Below, in pieces: positions 1 to 9,516 of a DNA stretch of 64,000 nucleotides; position 1 is the stretch's first letter, and each line of letters begins with the position of its first letter. A program made the position numbers and the translations under genes. Below the pieces are notes generated by a model. It was not told where the DNA came from, did no database searches, and saw nothing but the letters and a program-made list of their open reading frames with translations. The stretch is taken from positions 1 through 64,000 of the IMG/VR virus record IMGVR_UViG_2558860250_000001. One strand, 5' to 3'. Origin of the DNA: a virus (lineage: Duplodnaviria > Caudoviricetes).

Positions 1-36
1 CTGTAGTCAGCACGTCTGAGAACTCACTGACTACAG
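1..36 (-). terminator. Hairpin downstream of lysis cassette (possible terminator, U-tract would lie outside window)
   Basis: Perfect 10-bp inverted repeat CTGTAGTCAG (1-10) / CTGACTACAG (27-36). Confidence 0.45.
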
Positions 37-104
37 GGTGCTTTGCGTGTTCAATAGCCTCGCTCCGTAATGGAGCAGGGCTTGATGTATACTATATAGA
101 TCAG

Positions 105-629
105 TTACGCTTGCGCCGTTTCCGGTGCTGGTGCCGGCTGTGTATCTTGCTTATTCGCATTGTCCAGTAATTGTGTGAACTCCTGCGCCTTCTTGAACGC
201 TGGATCATCAGCAAACAACTTAGCGATGTCCGGTGCGTCCTTCAAAGCCTGCACAATTTCCTTCTCGGTCGCTTCCACGTTTTTCGGCAGATGTGCTTTG
301 ATAAACGCAATCGCGGCGGCCTGTTCAGATGGGCTTAATTCGTCGTACGTTTTACCGACAACGTGAATCACAGCCAGCGCATACTGTGCTAGCACGGACT
401 TCTTTAGGTCATCCGTCGCTGTACTCAACTCATGATGCAGTTTAGCCTCAATTGTTTTTGCGATAGGTGTGTGTATCAACGCTTCGACACCTTTTTCGAT
501 TTCACCCTTTTCGCCATTCAAAAATGTCATCGATGCTTGGAACCATTTCGTCTTGCTGAATCCAAGCAATGTGCCGGCCACGCCAAATAGAACGACTGCA
601 TCATTTACTACACTCGCAACAATAGTCAT
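105..629 (-). CDS. Putative holin-like / lysis-associated membrane protein
   Basis: N-terminal hydrophobic helix; GGAGG RBS; directly after endolysin. Confidence 0.45.
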   Translation of the reverse strand: MTIVASVVNDAVVLFGVAGTLLGFSKTKWFQASMTFLNGEKGEIEKGVEALIHTPIAKTIEAKLHHELSTATDDLKKSVLAQYALAVIHVVGKTYDELSPSEQAAAIAFIKAHLPKNVEATEKEIVQALKDAPDIAKLFADDPAFKKAQEFTQLLDNANKQDTQPAPAPETAQA

Positions 630-644
630 ATTATTTTGTCCTCC

Positions 645-2909
645 TTAAAATTTGCTTGTTTGGCTAGTCCCATCTGCATATGTCAACGTGACGGAAACTG
701 GTTTCGCGTCAACGGAAGTGGTGACAAAGTTCCACGTACCATCGGATGTCTTGGTGGATTTGACGCCAGGGATAGCTGACCATATCACATAGGTCTTATC
801 GTTGATGGCGTACGCATCGACTTTGGCACCATTTACTTGAGCGGTAATAGGGGTAGCTGCAACAGTCGATGAAGGGGAAGGTGCTGGTGATGGGGGAGTG
901 GGGATGACAATGGATTTCAATGCGGCATCAATTGCGCTCCATGTTGCGGGTCCAACAATACCATCCACGGTTAACTTGTAGTCACTTTGGAACGACTTCA
1001 CGCCGGATAGTGTATTTGGTCCAAAGTCACCATCTGCACTACCGACAACACTATAGCCAAGCCGTATCAGCGCAATCTGCAATTGTTGCACGACTGTACC
1101 AGTGCTACCATTTTGTACGGTTGGATTGGATGCGACGTTATCTTGTTGCACTGTGATTTCTGGCCATGCACCAGGTGAGGCGAATATCGCGTCTCTGTCA
1201 GCACTTATACCTGCTACGGTAACATCGTTTTGATATTGATAGCCATGCGCACCATTGAACAATTTGCCATTTGACCACGCGTATGTTTGGATAAACTTGT
1301 CGACATATCCTGATTTGAATAGCGCTGCAATCACATCATAGCTGCCGTACGCACCGACTAGGTAAGAACCGTTAACCGTCTCATATACAGACTTGAAATA
1401 CGATTCAATAGCGGTCATATCCGATGTTTGTGCATCATAATCAACAGTGAAATAAATCGCCGCTGTCTTCGGAGCACCGAGATATGCCATTTCCGTCATT
1501 GCTTGTTTTGCGTCAGCAATGCCTTGCGTCGCGGAAAAATATGCCGCACTTGTCGGACTGGATTCCCAAAACAAAATCACCGATAATCCCGCGTCGTGTA
1601 TTGATTTCAATTCATCAGGTGTGATCGTTTTTGTCCAACTCGTCGTTTTGGCACCAAGATACCGTCCGATTGTCTTAATGCCACTTGATTTCAGCGACTG
1701 CACATTTGCCGCCGTTAGACGCGTCGCACAATCAATATGGTTCAATTGGGTCACTCCTTGTGGAGATGGTGATGGAGTGGGTTGTGGTTGATTGACTGTA
1801 ATCGTGCCTGTTGATGTTGCGGGCATATCGCCATACGGATCGAGGAAAGTTGCCACACACGTAATTGTGTCTGCTGATGGTGGTGTAAATGTCATACTAA
1901 ACTTTCCGTTGGTATCACTTGTTAATGTCGCAGCAATCAGCGCACCATTTGCATCGTCAAATTCATACGACACGGATGCGTTTGGATATGGTTGGCCATT
2001 GCACAAAGTTTGACCATTTACTGTGATTGATTGCCCAACTGTAATAGACGTGGCTGATGGCGTAACGGTGATTGTATAGTTATCGGTAATTGGTTTGACG
2101 AACGGCGTCGGCAGGGGTTGTGGTTGAAGTGGTTTCCCGTTGTCAGGCGTGCCAGCTACAGCATCAAACATGTATTGATTGAAGAAATCATATGGAATCC
2201 AGAAACAACCGGCAAGCGATGTATCGTTATGAATACCCCACGTCGATCCCCATTGATTCAGCGCTAATAGAGCCTGTAGATTGTCGTCGTATCCAATCAG
2301 ATTAATCATATGGCCGCCAAGTGAATTAGTCGGATCAGCAGGCATACCCATCCAACCTGTTGCAGCACACAATCCACTTTCTAACTCGGCGAACACTTCC
2401 ATGCCAACCATCACAGGCATACCTTGTGCAATCGCATCTTTCACGTTGTTCAAGTCCGTGCCAACATAATAGGCTTGCGTTGGCAACAATTTTAGCGATG
2501 CATCCCAATCGTTCGGTGGTGCCTGTGTAAAGTCCTTCGCGTAATTTGGATCGTATGGGTCATCAGCTTCTGGCATCGCACCGTACGTTTCTAACACCTG
2601 TACGGCCTCTTGCATTGTTGCGCCACTATCAGAGGACACAGTGCCATTCAGTACGCGTTCCTCGTAATAATCAGCCAACTCGCTTAACCGTTCATACGCG
2701 CCACCACCAAGCACGTGCAACGCCATACGCCATTGTGTTGACGCAAACGCAGAACATGCACCGAGTGATTCCTGGTTAAGTATTGGGCCGTACAACGCAC
2801 GATTGTTGGCACGAGGCGGGAGTGTTTTTCCACTGTTCACGTAGGTTTGCCATATAGTAGGAGTGGTAGACGATGACGGGGCGACATTGTACAAATACTT
2901 AGCCATCAC
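645..2909 (-). CDS. Multi-domain endolysin: papain-like C1 cysteine peptidase + Ig-like + DUF1906-like glycoside hydrolase + PG-binding domain
   Basis: NQESLGACSAF, GGHMI, LNQWG (papain Q/C/H/N); DCATRL..GRYL..IYFTVDYD..GAYG..QTYAWS (DUF1906-like); LQ..L..LGY..DGDFGPNT..VKSFQ..L.VDGIVGP.TW (PG_binding_1). Confidence 0.85.
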   Translation of the reverse strand: MMAKYLYNVAPSSSTTPTIWQTYVNSGKTLPPRANNRALYGPILNQESLGACSAFASTQWRMALHVLGGGAYERLSELADYYEERVLNGTVSSDSGATMQEAVQVLETYGAMPEADDPYDPNYAKDFTQAPPNDWDASLKLLPTQAYYVGTDLNNVKDAIAQGMPVMVGMEVFAELESGLCAATGWMGMPADPTNSLGGHMINLIGYDDNLQALLALNQWGSTWGIHNDTSLAGCFWIPYDFFNQYMFDAVAGTPDNGKPLQPQPLPTPFVKPITDNYTITVTPSATSITVGQSITVNGQTLCNGQPYPNASVSYEFDDANGALIAATLTSDTNGKFSMTFTPPSADTITCVATFLDPYGDMPATSTGTITVNQPQPTPSPSPQGVTQLNHIDCATRLTAANVQSLKSSGIKTIGRYLGAKTTSWTKTITPDELKSIHDAGLSVILFWESSPTSAAYFSATQGIADAKQAMTEMAYLGAPKTAAIYFTVDYDAQTSDMTAIESYFKSVYETVNGSYLVGAYGSYDVIAALFKSGYVDKFIQTYAWSNGKLFNGAHGYQYQNDVTVAGISADRDAIFASPGAWPEITVQQDNVASNPTVQNGSTGTVVQQLQIALIRLGYSVVGSADGDFGPNTLSGVKSFQSDYKLTVDGIVGPATWSAIDAALKSIVIPTPPSPAPSPSSTVAATPITAQVNGAKVDAYAINDKTYVIWSAIPGVKSTKTSDGTWNFVTTSVDAKPVSVTLTYADGTSQTSKF

Positions 2910-3415
2910 ATCGACTCCTTATTTTTCACATCTTCAATTGTTCCGGCTTCCGTTTCGCCTTCTTGTGGTACGGGATTTTCTACACATAACTTTTGAGCAA
3001 TCCAAACGGGGAATGTGATTTCGTGGATACCTGTACCTGTGCCGCCATTTGCATGGTCGACGCCCGTGTGATGGTGCGCACACAAGACCATCGCATTGCG
3101 TATATCATCAGGAGACGTGATTGGCTTATTTCGTAGCAATCGTCCATAGCCATACACATCGAACGTTTCAACAAATTCCTTTAACGCATCGTAATCGCCG
3201 ATATTACCGAGTGACCATTCCAGCCCATAATGGTGCACTTGTAGGTTGTCAGTCGAACCGCATACCCAACACTTGTAATGACCATCCTCCTTCAATCGCT
3301 GTTTTGTGCGTCTAAATTCAGACGATTCGCTACGTTTAACGTGATCGGGTGTAATGACCATTTCATGTAGCGTACGTGTTTCGGCATGTGCCTGTACTAT
3401 ATGTTTATCTGTCAT
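2906..3415 (-). CDS. HNH-like zinc-binding protein
   Basis: CWVC..LQVHH..N..VLCAHHH pattern. Confidence 0.55.
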   Translation of the reverse strand: MTDKHIVQAHAETRTLHEMVITPDHVKRSESSEFRRTKQRLKEDGHYKCWVCGSTDNLQVHHYGLEWSLGNIGDYDALKEFVETFDVYGYGRLLRNKPITSPDDIRNAMVLCAHHHTGVDHANGGTGTGIHEITFPVWIAQKLCVENPVPQEGETEAGTIEDVKNKESM

Positions 3416-3686
3416 TCTGTCGATCTACCTTCTCGTGGAGTGCGGCGTGTCGTTCCGCTAATTTGTCATGCTTGAGGTGTAAATGTAGAAGGGATTGTTT
3501 GAGATGGGATATTTCGTTGCGTAATTCGCGGTCATGTTGAGTATAAAAATACCAGAATCCATATGCCATACCGATTATAGACACGTTTTGTATCACATTT
3601 GCCCATGTATCGAGTCCGAACACGAACAAACCGATTAAATCAAGTATGACGACGACATAGAATGCTGGATGTTTGAAAAATTGCAT
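3405..3686 (-). CDS. Small two-TM membrane protein (holin/antiholin candidate)
   Basis: Two hydrophobic segments, coiled C-terminus; lysis region. Confidence 0.5.
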   Translation of the reverse strand: MQFFKHPAFYVVVILDLIGLFVFGLDTWANVIQNVSIIGMAYGFWYFYTQHDRELRNEISHLKQSLLHLHLKHDKLAERHAALHEKVDRQNDR

Positions 3687-3695
3687 CGCTTCACC

Positions 3696-4046
3696 TCACT
3701 TCCACAAGTGCGATACGACATCACCTAAAATAACGATGATGAATCCAAGCAAAGCAATCGCACCAGCCAAATACCATCTCCACGCTGTCAGTGAATCAAC
3801 TTTCTTTTCCAGTTTGTCGAGACGAGAATCTTGCGCATCGTCACGTTCATTACGATGTTGCACCATCAACATAATCTGATCGCGTGGCACAAATCGTTCG
3901 GATACTTTGCTTATTTCCTGTATAACGGACGCTAATGATGTTTTCATGTCAACATTTTGTTCGCGTATCGTATCCTTGATTTCAACAACATCATCACGCA
4001 ATCCGTTGACTTGCTCTTCAATACGCGCCAATTTTTCGTTATCCAT
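3696..4046 (-). CDS. XhlA-like coiled-coil protein with C-terminal TM
   Basis: LARIEEQ heptads followed by WRWYLAGAIALLGFII. Confidence 0.55.
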   Translation of the reverse strand: MDNEKLARIEEQVNGLRDDVVEIKDTIREQNVDMKTSLASVIQEISKVSERFVPRDQIMLMVQHRNERDDAQDSRLDKLEKKVDSLTAWRWYLAGAIALLGFIIVILGDVVSHLWK

Positions 4047-4053
4047 ATTCCAC

Positions 4054-4560
4054 CTAATTCACTTCGAAATCTGCAATAGCCAAATAAACATCTTGCGGAG
4101 ATACATTGCCGCTTAGGTTGATATAGTGTGCGGCTCTGAAATACTCTGCGACAACAGTGCTACATATCTTTCTATATCGTTCGCTACGTTTTACCATTGC
4201 AACAGGCAAATGGACAATGTTATGCGTGGAATATCGCAGTGCGTCATCAACAATGAGTAGCCAATCATACCGCTGTCCTTCGAGGGATTTTACATACGAT
4301 AATCCATCACGAATATTGCGAGGTAAAATAGGAGGACGATATACGTCGAATGTGCCACCGTTGTCAATAGGCGCGATTGCAACCTGATTACCATTTGCTT
4401 CAATTTTTTCTTTATCATTTAGCGCAATTGCTACGTGATAATAAATCGGCGAACGCTGTCCATCTTCAAAGTATTCGCCAATATCAATGAGGTGAGTGAG
4501 GAATGTAGGTGGATTGCGATAGAGGAGGATATCACCTGGTAATATTATTATAGTTATCAC
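4054..4560 (-). CDS. Permuted papain-like NlpC/P60 (YiiX/YebB-type) amidase
   Basis: PGDILL..YHVAI..YDW..CSTVVA, His before Cys. Confidence 0.7.
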   Translation of the reverse strand: MITIIILPGDILLYRNPPTFLTHLIDIGEYFEDGQRSPIYYHVAIALNDKEKIEANGNQVAIAPIDNGGTFDVYRPPILPRNIRDGLSYVKSLEGQRYDWLLIVDDALRYSTHNIVHLPVAMVKRSERYRKICSTVVAEYFRAAHYINLSGNVSPQDVYLAIADFEVN

Positions 4561-4584
4561 GACCTTACCATTTAATTAACTAAT

Positions 4585-5229
4585 TCAGGTTGTCGGCGCA
4601 GGAAGGGGCGTATACGCTGTTGGCGTCCAGACGATAGCTTGTACATCACTCGGTGACTGCGCTTGTGCAATTTGGTTAAGTAACGCTAGTTTCTGATTGC
4701 GATTCCCCAAAACAAAATTTTGGGCGTCGGTGATAAGTTGGTCAGCTTGCGTCTGATTGAAAGTCATGTGGGTACCCGCCGCGTCCAAAACTGGCACACC
4801 GTCAGGCGGGAACTGATTTGCAAGGATGACGGAACGCAACATCAGTAACTCGTCGATCGTGTCGCTATCCGCTGGATATGTGCGACTTGTTCCATCTGCA
4901 AATGAAACGAATCCCTGTGCGAGCGTGTCATTGTAGCCTTGGGTGATCAGGCTTGATTGAGCGGTTTGTGCAAGCGCTAATTGTTCGGCCTCAGACAACG
5001 GTGTAAACGTCAACGTCCCTGTCGCGGTTGGTACGGTGTACTTTTGGCCGGCGACAATATTGGTGATGGTGTATGTGCCAGGGAGGTTGTTCGGATTCGC
5101 GGCGCTAACTGCTGCGTCGTCGATGTAGATAGCATAGTCAGCACCCGATGGCAGGTGTGTGATGCCTGTTAAGTCGCTCCCGCTTGTGCCGCCGATGATT
5201 GTACCGGATGATGATGTGTAGTAGATCAT
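4585..5229 (-). CDS. Tail fibre assembly/chaperone protein (DUF4376-like)
   Basis: C-terminal LLNQIAQA...VQAIVW; position after fibre genes. Confidence 0.6.
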   Translation of the reverse strand: MIYYTSSSGTIIGGTSGSDLTGITHLPSGADYAIYIDDAAVSAANPNNLPGTYTITNIVAGQKYTVPTATGTLTFTPLSEAEQLALAQTAQSSLITQGYNDTLAQGFVSFADGTSRTYPADSDTIDELLMLRSVILANQFPPDGVPVLDAAGTHMTFNQTQADQLITDAQNFVLGNRNQKLALLNQIAQAQSPSDVQAIVWTPTAYTPLPAPTT

Positions 5230-5420
5230 AACCGCGCCTCCAACTGTGTTATCTTCTCTCGTAACTCTGCGATTGTTTTATCTCGCTCCTTTACGGTTGC
5301 GAGTAAATCCAATGCGTCCGTATTTGTATGTTTACGCGCCCACATTACCGCTGTAAATCGTTCTAACTCCTTAATCTCGTCTTCGGTTAAAACTCGTCCT
5401 TCATACTCCATTTCGTTCAC
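5226..5420 (-). CDS. Hypothetical protein
   Basis: AAGGAG RBS; coupled to next gene. Confidence 0.55.
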   Translation of the reverse strand: MNEMEYEGRVLTEDEIKELERFTAVMWARKHTNTDALDLLATVKERDKTIAELREKITQLEARL

Positions 5421-5448
5421 TCCTTACGTTTGAACTTATCTTACTATT

Positions 5449-5907
5449 TTACTGTGGGAAGATGATTAGAGATGCGTCGGAAAACACTACAGAACCACCA
5501 TTTGAACTACCTGCAACACCGTAGGTGTGGCCTGGAGTCAAGTTGAATTTACCCGAACGAATTACCGTAAGGGTAGTGCTCGTCGTTGATACTTGCGATC
5601 CACTAATGGCGGTTTCTGAATTTGACATGTCAATGAGGTTTGCCGATGCTGTATATGACGTACTTGATGACCGTACTGTAGTCTCAAGCGCAAACTGCAT
5701 TTGCAGTGGCCAATTAGAACTAAGCGTAAACAATGACTGATTTGAAGTCGCTGGAGAATCACTATTCAATCCAGCACCGTCGCCTAGGGCATTTCCTGAA
5801 GAGGTGTTGCTTACGGTAGTCCCATCCGCCCACCACAACGGTATTTTCGTTTCCGCTATTCCGCTACCTGGTGTCATACTCATCGTCGCAAGGTCGATAT
5901 ATCGCAT
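5449..5907 (-). CDS. Tail fibre/receptor-binding-associated protein (one copy of ~150-aa repeat domain)
   Basis: Shares PLW..FTL.SNWP..FALE..RSGKF.LTPGHTYG with 5920-6897. Confidence 0.55.
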   Translation of the reverse strand: MRYIDLATMSMTPGSGIAETKIPLWWADGTTVSNTSSGNALGDGAGLNSDSPATSNQSLFTLSSNWPLQMQFALETTVRSSSTSYTASANLIDMSNSETAISGSQVSTTSTTLTVIRSGKFNLTPGHTYGVAGSSNGGSVVFSDASLIIFPQ

Positions 5908-5919
5908 GTGACCACCTCC

Positions 5920-6897
5920 CTATGACGCCAATGCGACGAGATGGGCTTTTGTAATTTGGGCAGCAGTAGTACCCCAAACGGTAAGCCCAAAAGAGTGACC
6001 GGTGACGAGAGTAAAACTTCCCGATCTCATTAGTGTCGGAGAGGTTGAACCTGTTGAAATTGAAGAATTGTTTACTAATGACCCTAATGTCATGTCATAC
6101 AATCCAATGTTTGCGGAAAAACCACTCGCATGAGCTTCCATAGATACTTCAAGTGCAAATTTTTGAGATGAAGACCAAGTTGAACTAAGCGTAATAAGAC
6201 TTCCTGCTGACCCTACGTTATTGCCTGCGACGGTTGACCCCTTGGGTATAAAATCTGCGCCTGCGGAAGCACCTGAGTTAGAACTTGTTCCGACACTGTA
6301 CACCCACAACGGTATATACGCTTCCTTCAACGTGTTCCCATTTGGATTCGCCAAGCTGATGCTCGCCAAGTCAAATGGCGAAGTCGTTGGTGATGGTGGG
6401 AAGATGATGAGGGAGATGTCGGTGATATCTAGTGATGTGCTTCCTACATATGACACAAACTGTATTCCGTATGTGTGACCAGGAGTCAGAGTGAGTTTAC
6501 CAGACCGGACAACGTTGAAGATTCCGGAAGTGCCCATGAAAGTTTGTTGAGAATTCGCCACAGCAGAGTTTGTTGTTGCATCATATAACTGAAATGTTGC
6601 CGATGTCCCAGCCGCTAAGCGGCCACAATATTCAAGTGCGAATGTCGTTCCACTGGGCCAGTTCGAGTTTAGAGTGAATAATTCGTTCATTGAACTAGGA
6701 GATAGATTCATACTTATATTAGCCCCCGAACCTGTAACTCCTTTTGCAATGAAGGAATTATCTTCTTGACCACCATATCCAAGCCTTGTAAAACTCCCAC
6801 TGTACCACCACAACGGATAATACAATTCAGGGAACGTCGGAGCTTGATTGAGCGATGCTAACGCCACGTCACCATTCCATTGACGAGATAATCCCAT
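5920..6897 (-). CDS. Tail fibre/receptor-binding-associated protein (two copies of the repeat domain)
   Basis: Internal duplication; Ser/Thr/Gly-rich. Confidence 0.55.
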   Translation of the reverse strand: MGLSRQWNGDVALASLNQAPTFPELYYPLWWYSGSFTRLGYGGQEDNSFIAKGVTGSGANISMNLSPSSMNELFTLNSNWPSGTTFALEYCGRLAAGTSATFQLYDATTNSAVANSQQTFMGTSGIFNVVRSGKLTLTPGHTYGIQFVSYVGSTSLDITDISLIIFPPSPTTSPFDLASISLANPNGNTLKEAYIPLWVYSVGTSSNSGASAGADFIPKGSTVAGNNVGSAGSLITLSSTWSSSQKFALEVSMEAHASGFSANIGLYDMTLGSLVNNSSISTGSTSPTLMRSGSFTLVTGHSFGLTVWGTTAAQITKAHLVALAS

Positions 6898-6912
6898 ATT
6901 ACATCACCCCCA

Positions 6913-7314
6913 TCATTGGATTTCGACGCCGGAAATTGTGCAATATATACCTGCGGCAGATGCGAAACCTTGGATTACGGAATTAGCTGGTAACATCGTA
7001 TTGAGGCCGCTGATTATCTTAGTATCGAAACCGTTGATTGTGACATTGGGTATAAACGGGTATTGATTACTGCTGTTTGGCCCGATAGTAATGCTTGCGG
7101 TTACAGATGATGACATATTATTGGATAAAACAATTTCTTTTACATAAGCAGTCGCTGAACCCGCCGATCCTGAACTTCCGCTAGTTCCCGCTGTTGTTGA
7201 TGTTACATTAGAGGATGCCGCAGGTGCTGTATACAAAGTGGTTACAGATGATGTACTTAACTGACCTTGATAGAACTGCCGCCCACTTGCTGTTGCTCCT
7301 GATAAAACTGTCAC
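6913..7314 (-). CDS. Tail fibre-associated structural protein
   Basis: LYTAPA..VKEI.L.N..TISGVEI; start moved to GTG 7314 behind GAAGGAGG. Confidence 0.55.
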   Translation of the reverse strand: MTVLSGATASGRQFYQGQLSTSSVTTLYTAPAASSNVTSTTAGTSGSSGSAGSATAYVKEIVLSNNMSSSVTASITIGPNSSNQYPFIPNVTINGFDTKIISGLNTMLPANSVIQGFASAAGIYCTISGVEIQ

Positions 7315-7331
7315 GATGATTCCTCCTTCGT

Positions 7332-8438
7332 TTACCCTATCCACGCCATAGGATTAGTGAGTGGACTATACCCTTGTACAGTGACCGCGCCTGTTTGACC
7401 GTTTACGCTGAGTACACCTGTATTTGTAATGGTGTCGCTATTTCCATTTGCCGTAATTTCAATTCCTGTACCAGCCACGATATTTCCGATGGGCAAATTT
7501 GTCAATTGTGAACCATCGCCAATGAATTTTTGCGCCTGTACATTTCCACCGAATACCACATTGTCTGTAGTACCAAACATATTTACAATTGTCGGTCGCA
7601 CATTAGTTACCGATGCGATATTGCCGGATGAATCGGTTTCAACTTGTGCGATTGGTACATATCCAGATTTGATAGAATGCGATAACCCAAATGAGGTTGT
7701 CCCGTCGCTGTTGTAATCGAGGTAGTATGTTGTGGAGGCAGTGGTCGTAACGAATTGCCCATTTTGTGACGCAGCAAACGATACACGTTGACCATCTGCA
7801 AAATAGATATCAGCAGCCGTAACGTCTAGTTGATTGTGTACACTCGAATTTGCTGTTGGGATACCACCACTAAGCACCGTTGATGTGCTACCGAACAAAT
7901 CAGCGACAATTTCATTTACATAGTCAGGTTGTACGGCTGGTATGTTCTGGATCTGACTACCATCCACATTTAACGGTACGCGTGTACGTCTATCGATTAC
8001 GTCAGATAACGACACAGAAGTTTGGTTGGCCGCGATATTAACTGCATACAATTTAACAAATCCACTATCTGCACCAGGTTCAATCGGAGTAGACGACGGC
8101 ACACCTTGCTTAATTTGTATAATTGGGCTACCTGTTGTGGTATTCGTTGCGTCAGTAGTTGCTGAATATCCAACTTCAATGATGTCAATACGCGGATTAG
8201 TTGGATCGGCAGTTGCGAATGTCAAAGTTATAGTAGACGAACTATCATTGTTAATACGGTATCCATTTACCCATGCGGTGCCAGCCCCGATATATACGTT
8301 CATACTAGGTGGGTTATCGAATGTGATAGGGAAATCGGTTAAGTTGACAACACCTGCACCGAAAAAGTCAGCATCCCGCGCAACGAAATCCGTTGATTTA
8401 TATTTAACGTTATCGAAAAATGTTATATTAAGCGCCAC
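7332..8438 (-). CDS. Proximal tail fibre protein
   Basis: G.AWVNGY..ADPTNPRID..LY.V.I..D.R N-terminal anchor; GVLSVNGQTGAV fibre repeat. Confidence 0.7.
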   Translation of the reverse strand: MALNITFFDNVKYKSTDFVARDADFFGAGVVNLTDFPITFDNPPSMNVYIGAGTAWVNGYRINNDSSSTITLTFATADPTNPRIDIIEVGYSATTDATNTTTGSPIIQIKQGVPSSTPIEPGADSGFVKLYAVNIAANQTSVSLSDVIDRRTRVPLNVDGSQIQNIPAVQPDYVNEIVADLFGSTSTVLSGGIPTANSSVHNQLDVTAADIYFADGQRVSFAASQNGQFVTTTASTTYYLDYNSDGTTSFGLSHSIKSGYVPIAQVETDSSGNIASVTNVRPTIVNMFGTTDNVVFGGNVQAQKFIGDGSQLTNLPIGNIVAGTGIEITANGNSDTITNTGVLSVNGQTGAVTVQGYSPLTNPMAWIG

Positions 8439-8450
8439 ATATTCACCGCC

Positions 8451-8927
8451 TTACGCAACCAAATTGCCGATTATGTTGATATTTCCACCGGACACTTCAT
8501 TGATATATCCGAGTACGTTTACCAATCCCGTAACGTCGAATTTATATAATCCAAATGACGTGATGGATTGAACACTTGATAGCCCGTTTAAGTTGACGCC
8601 TGTTAATGGATAATATGTTGTGCTGTCCAATCTCCCTTGAATTTCGATGTTGAAACTAGATGCCGTCCCATACACCTCGACAACCAATGTGCGCATACTG
8701 TTTGTTGGTTGTGGGGATTGTGGACCAGTTACAAGTGAGTTTGTGGCTAAAATGACTTGTTCAACATTACATGTGCTAAGTGATGTGGGGAAGGGGTTTG
8801 TTGAACTAATAACGGTTACTCCATCAGCACCGTACATTACGGTAGGAATGAAGAAGTTGTTCCCATCTGCTGTCGGACGAACGGCACCTGCTTTACCATT
8901 CGCATCGACTGGAAATTTATATCCCAT
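8451..8927 (-). CDS. Baseplate/tail structural protein (hypothetical)
   Basis: Synteny; beta-rich composition. Confidence 0.45.
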   Translation of the reverse strand: MGYKFPVDANGKAGAVRPTADGNNFFIPTVMYGADGVTVISSTNPFPTSLSTCNVEQVILATNSLVTGPQSPQPTNSMRTLVVEVYGTASSFNIEIQGRLDSTTYYPLTGVNLNGLSSVQSITSFGLYKFDVTGLVNVLGYINEVSGGNINIIGNLVA

Positions 8928-8937
8928 ATTTCACCAC

Positions 8938-9516
8938 CTAAGATTCAGTCATTGTGAGAGTTGCCATGCCACTATTGCCATCAAATATAAAATTAGCCGT
9001 ACTACGTGCAGGCTTAGCATTGTTGACGGCATTGATTAGATCTTGCTGGTTGTATGACACATTGTTGGGGTTGTGTACTGTGACTAGAAACGAAAATGCC
9101 TCACCCGATGGCGCGAATCCGAACTGTCCCATGATGGATACGCCCATTGTAAATCCATCTGGCCCATACTCAAATATGTCAGGATCAACGCCCGTAAACG
9201 CACGCACAACAGATTTGATATTGTCCACCGTTGGGCCAGACGCATATGTTGGTAGTTCAGCTAGAATACGAGCACGATAAGAGTCATCTGATTCCTTGTA
9301 TCGACGTGGGATACCCCAATCCTTACCTTGCAAATCAAGATACTCACCAGTCGCAGATGTTACGCTTCCGATATTGTTGGCCAAATTTATTTGTGCGGGG
9401 TCTACATTATCAAGTGCAGCACCAACGCCACCGAGTATTTGATATAGCGTGGAAGTGGTGGATGTCGTAAATATATTGGTCAGTCGTTTGAGCAAATTTT
9501 GCAATTGTATACTCAT
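8938..9516 (-). CDS. Baseplate wedge protein (gpI/gp48-like)
   Basis: LDLQGKDWGIPR..ESDDSYRARI..KPA; follows J. Confidence 0.75.
   Translation of the reverse strand: MSIQLQNLLKRLTNIFTTSTTSTLYQILGGVGAALDNVDPAQINLANNIGSVTSATGEYLDLQGKDWGIPRRYKESDDSYRARILAELPTYASGPTVDNIKSVVRAFTGVDPDIFEYGPDGFTMGVSIMGQFGFAPSGEAFSFLVTVHNPNNVSYNQQDLINAVNNAKPARSTANFIFDGNSGMATLTMTES

Noticed and set aside
5449-8438. Diversity-generating retroelement acting on tail-tip repeats
   Set aside because: Repeats are similar only at protein level; no adenine-specific TR/VR pair and no reverse transcriptase seen
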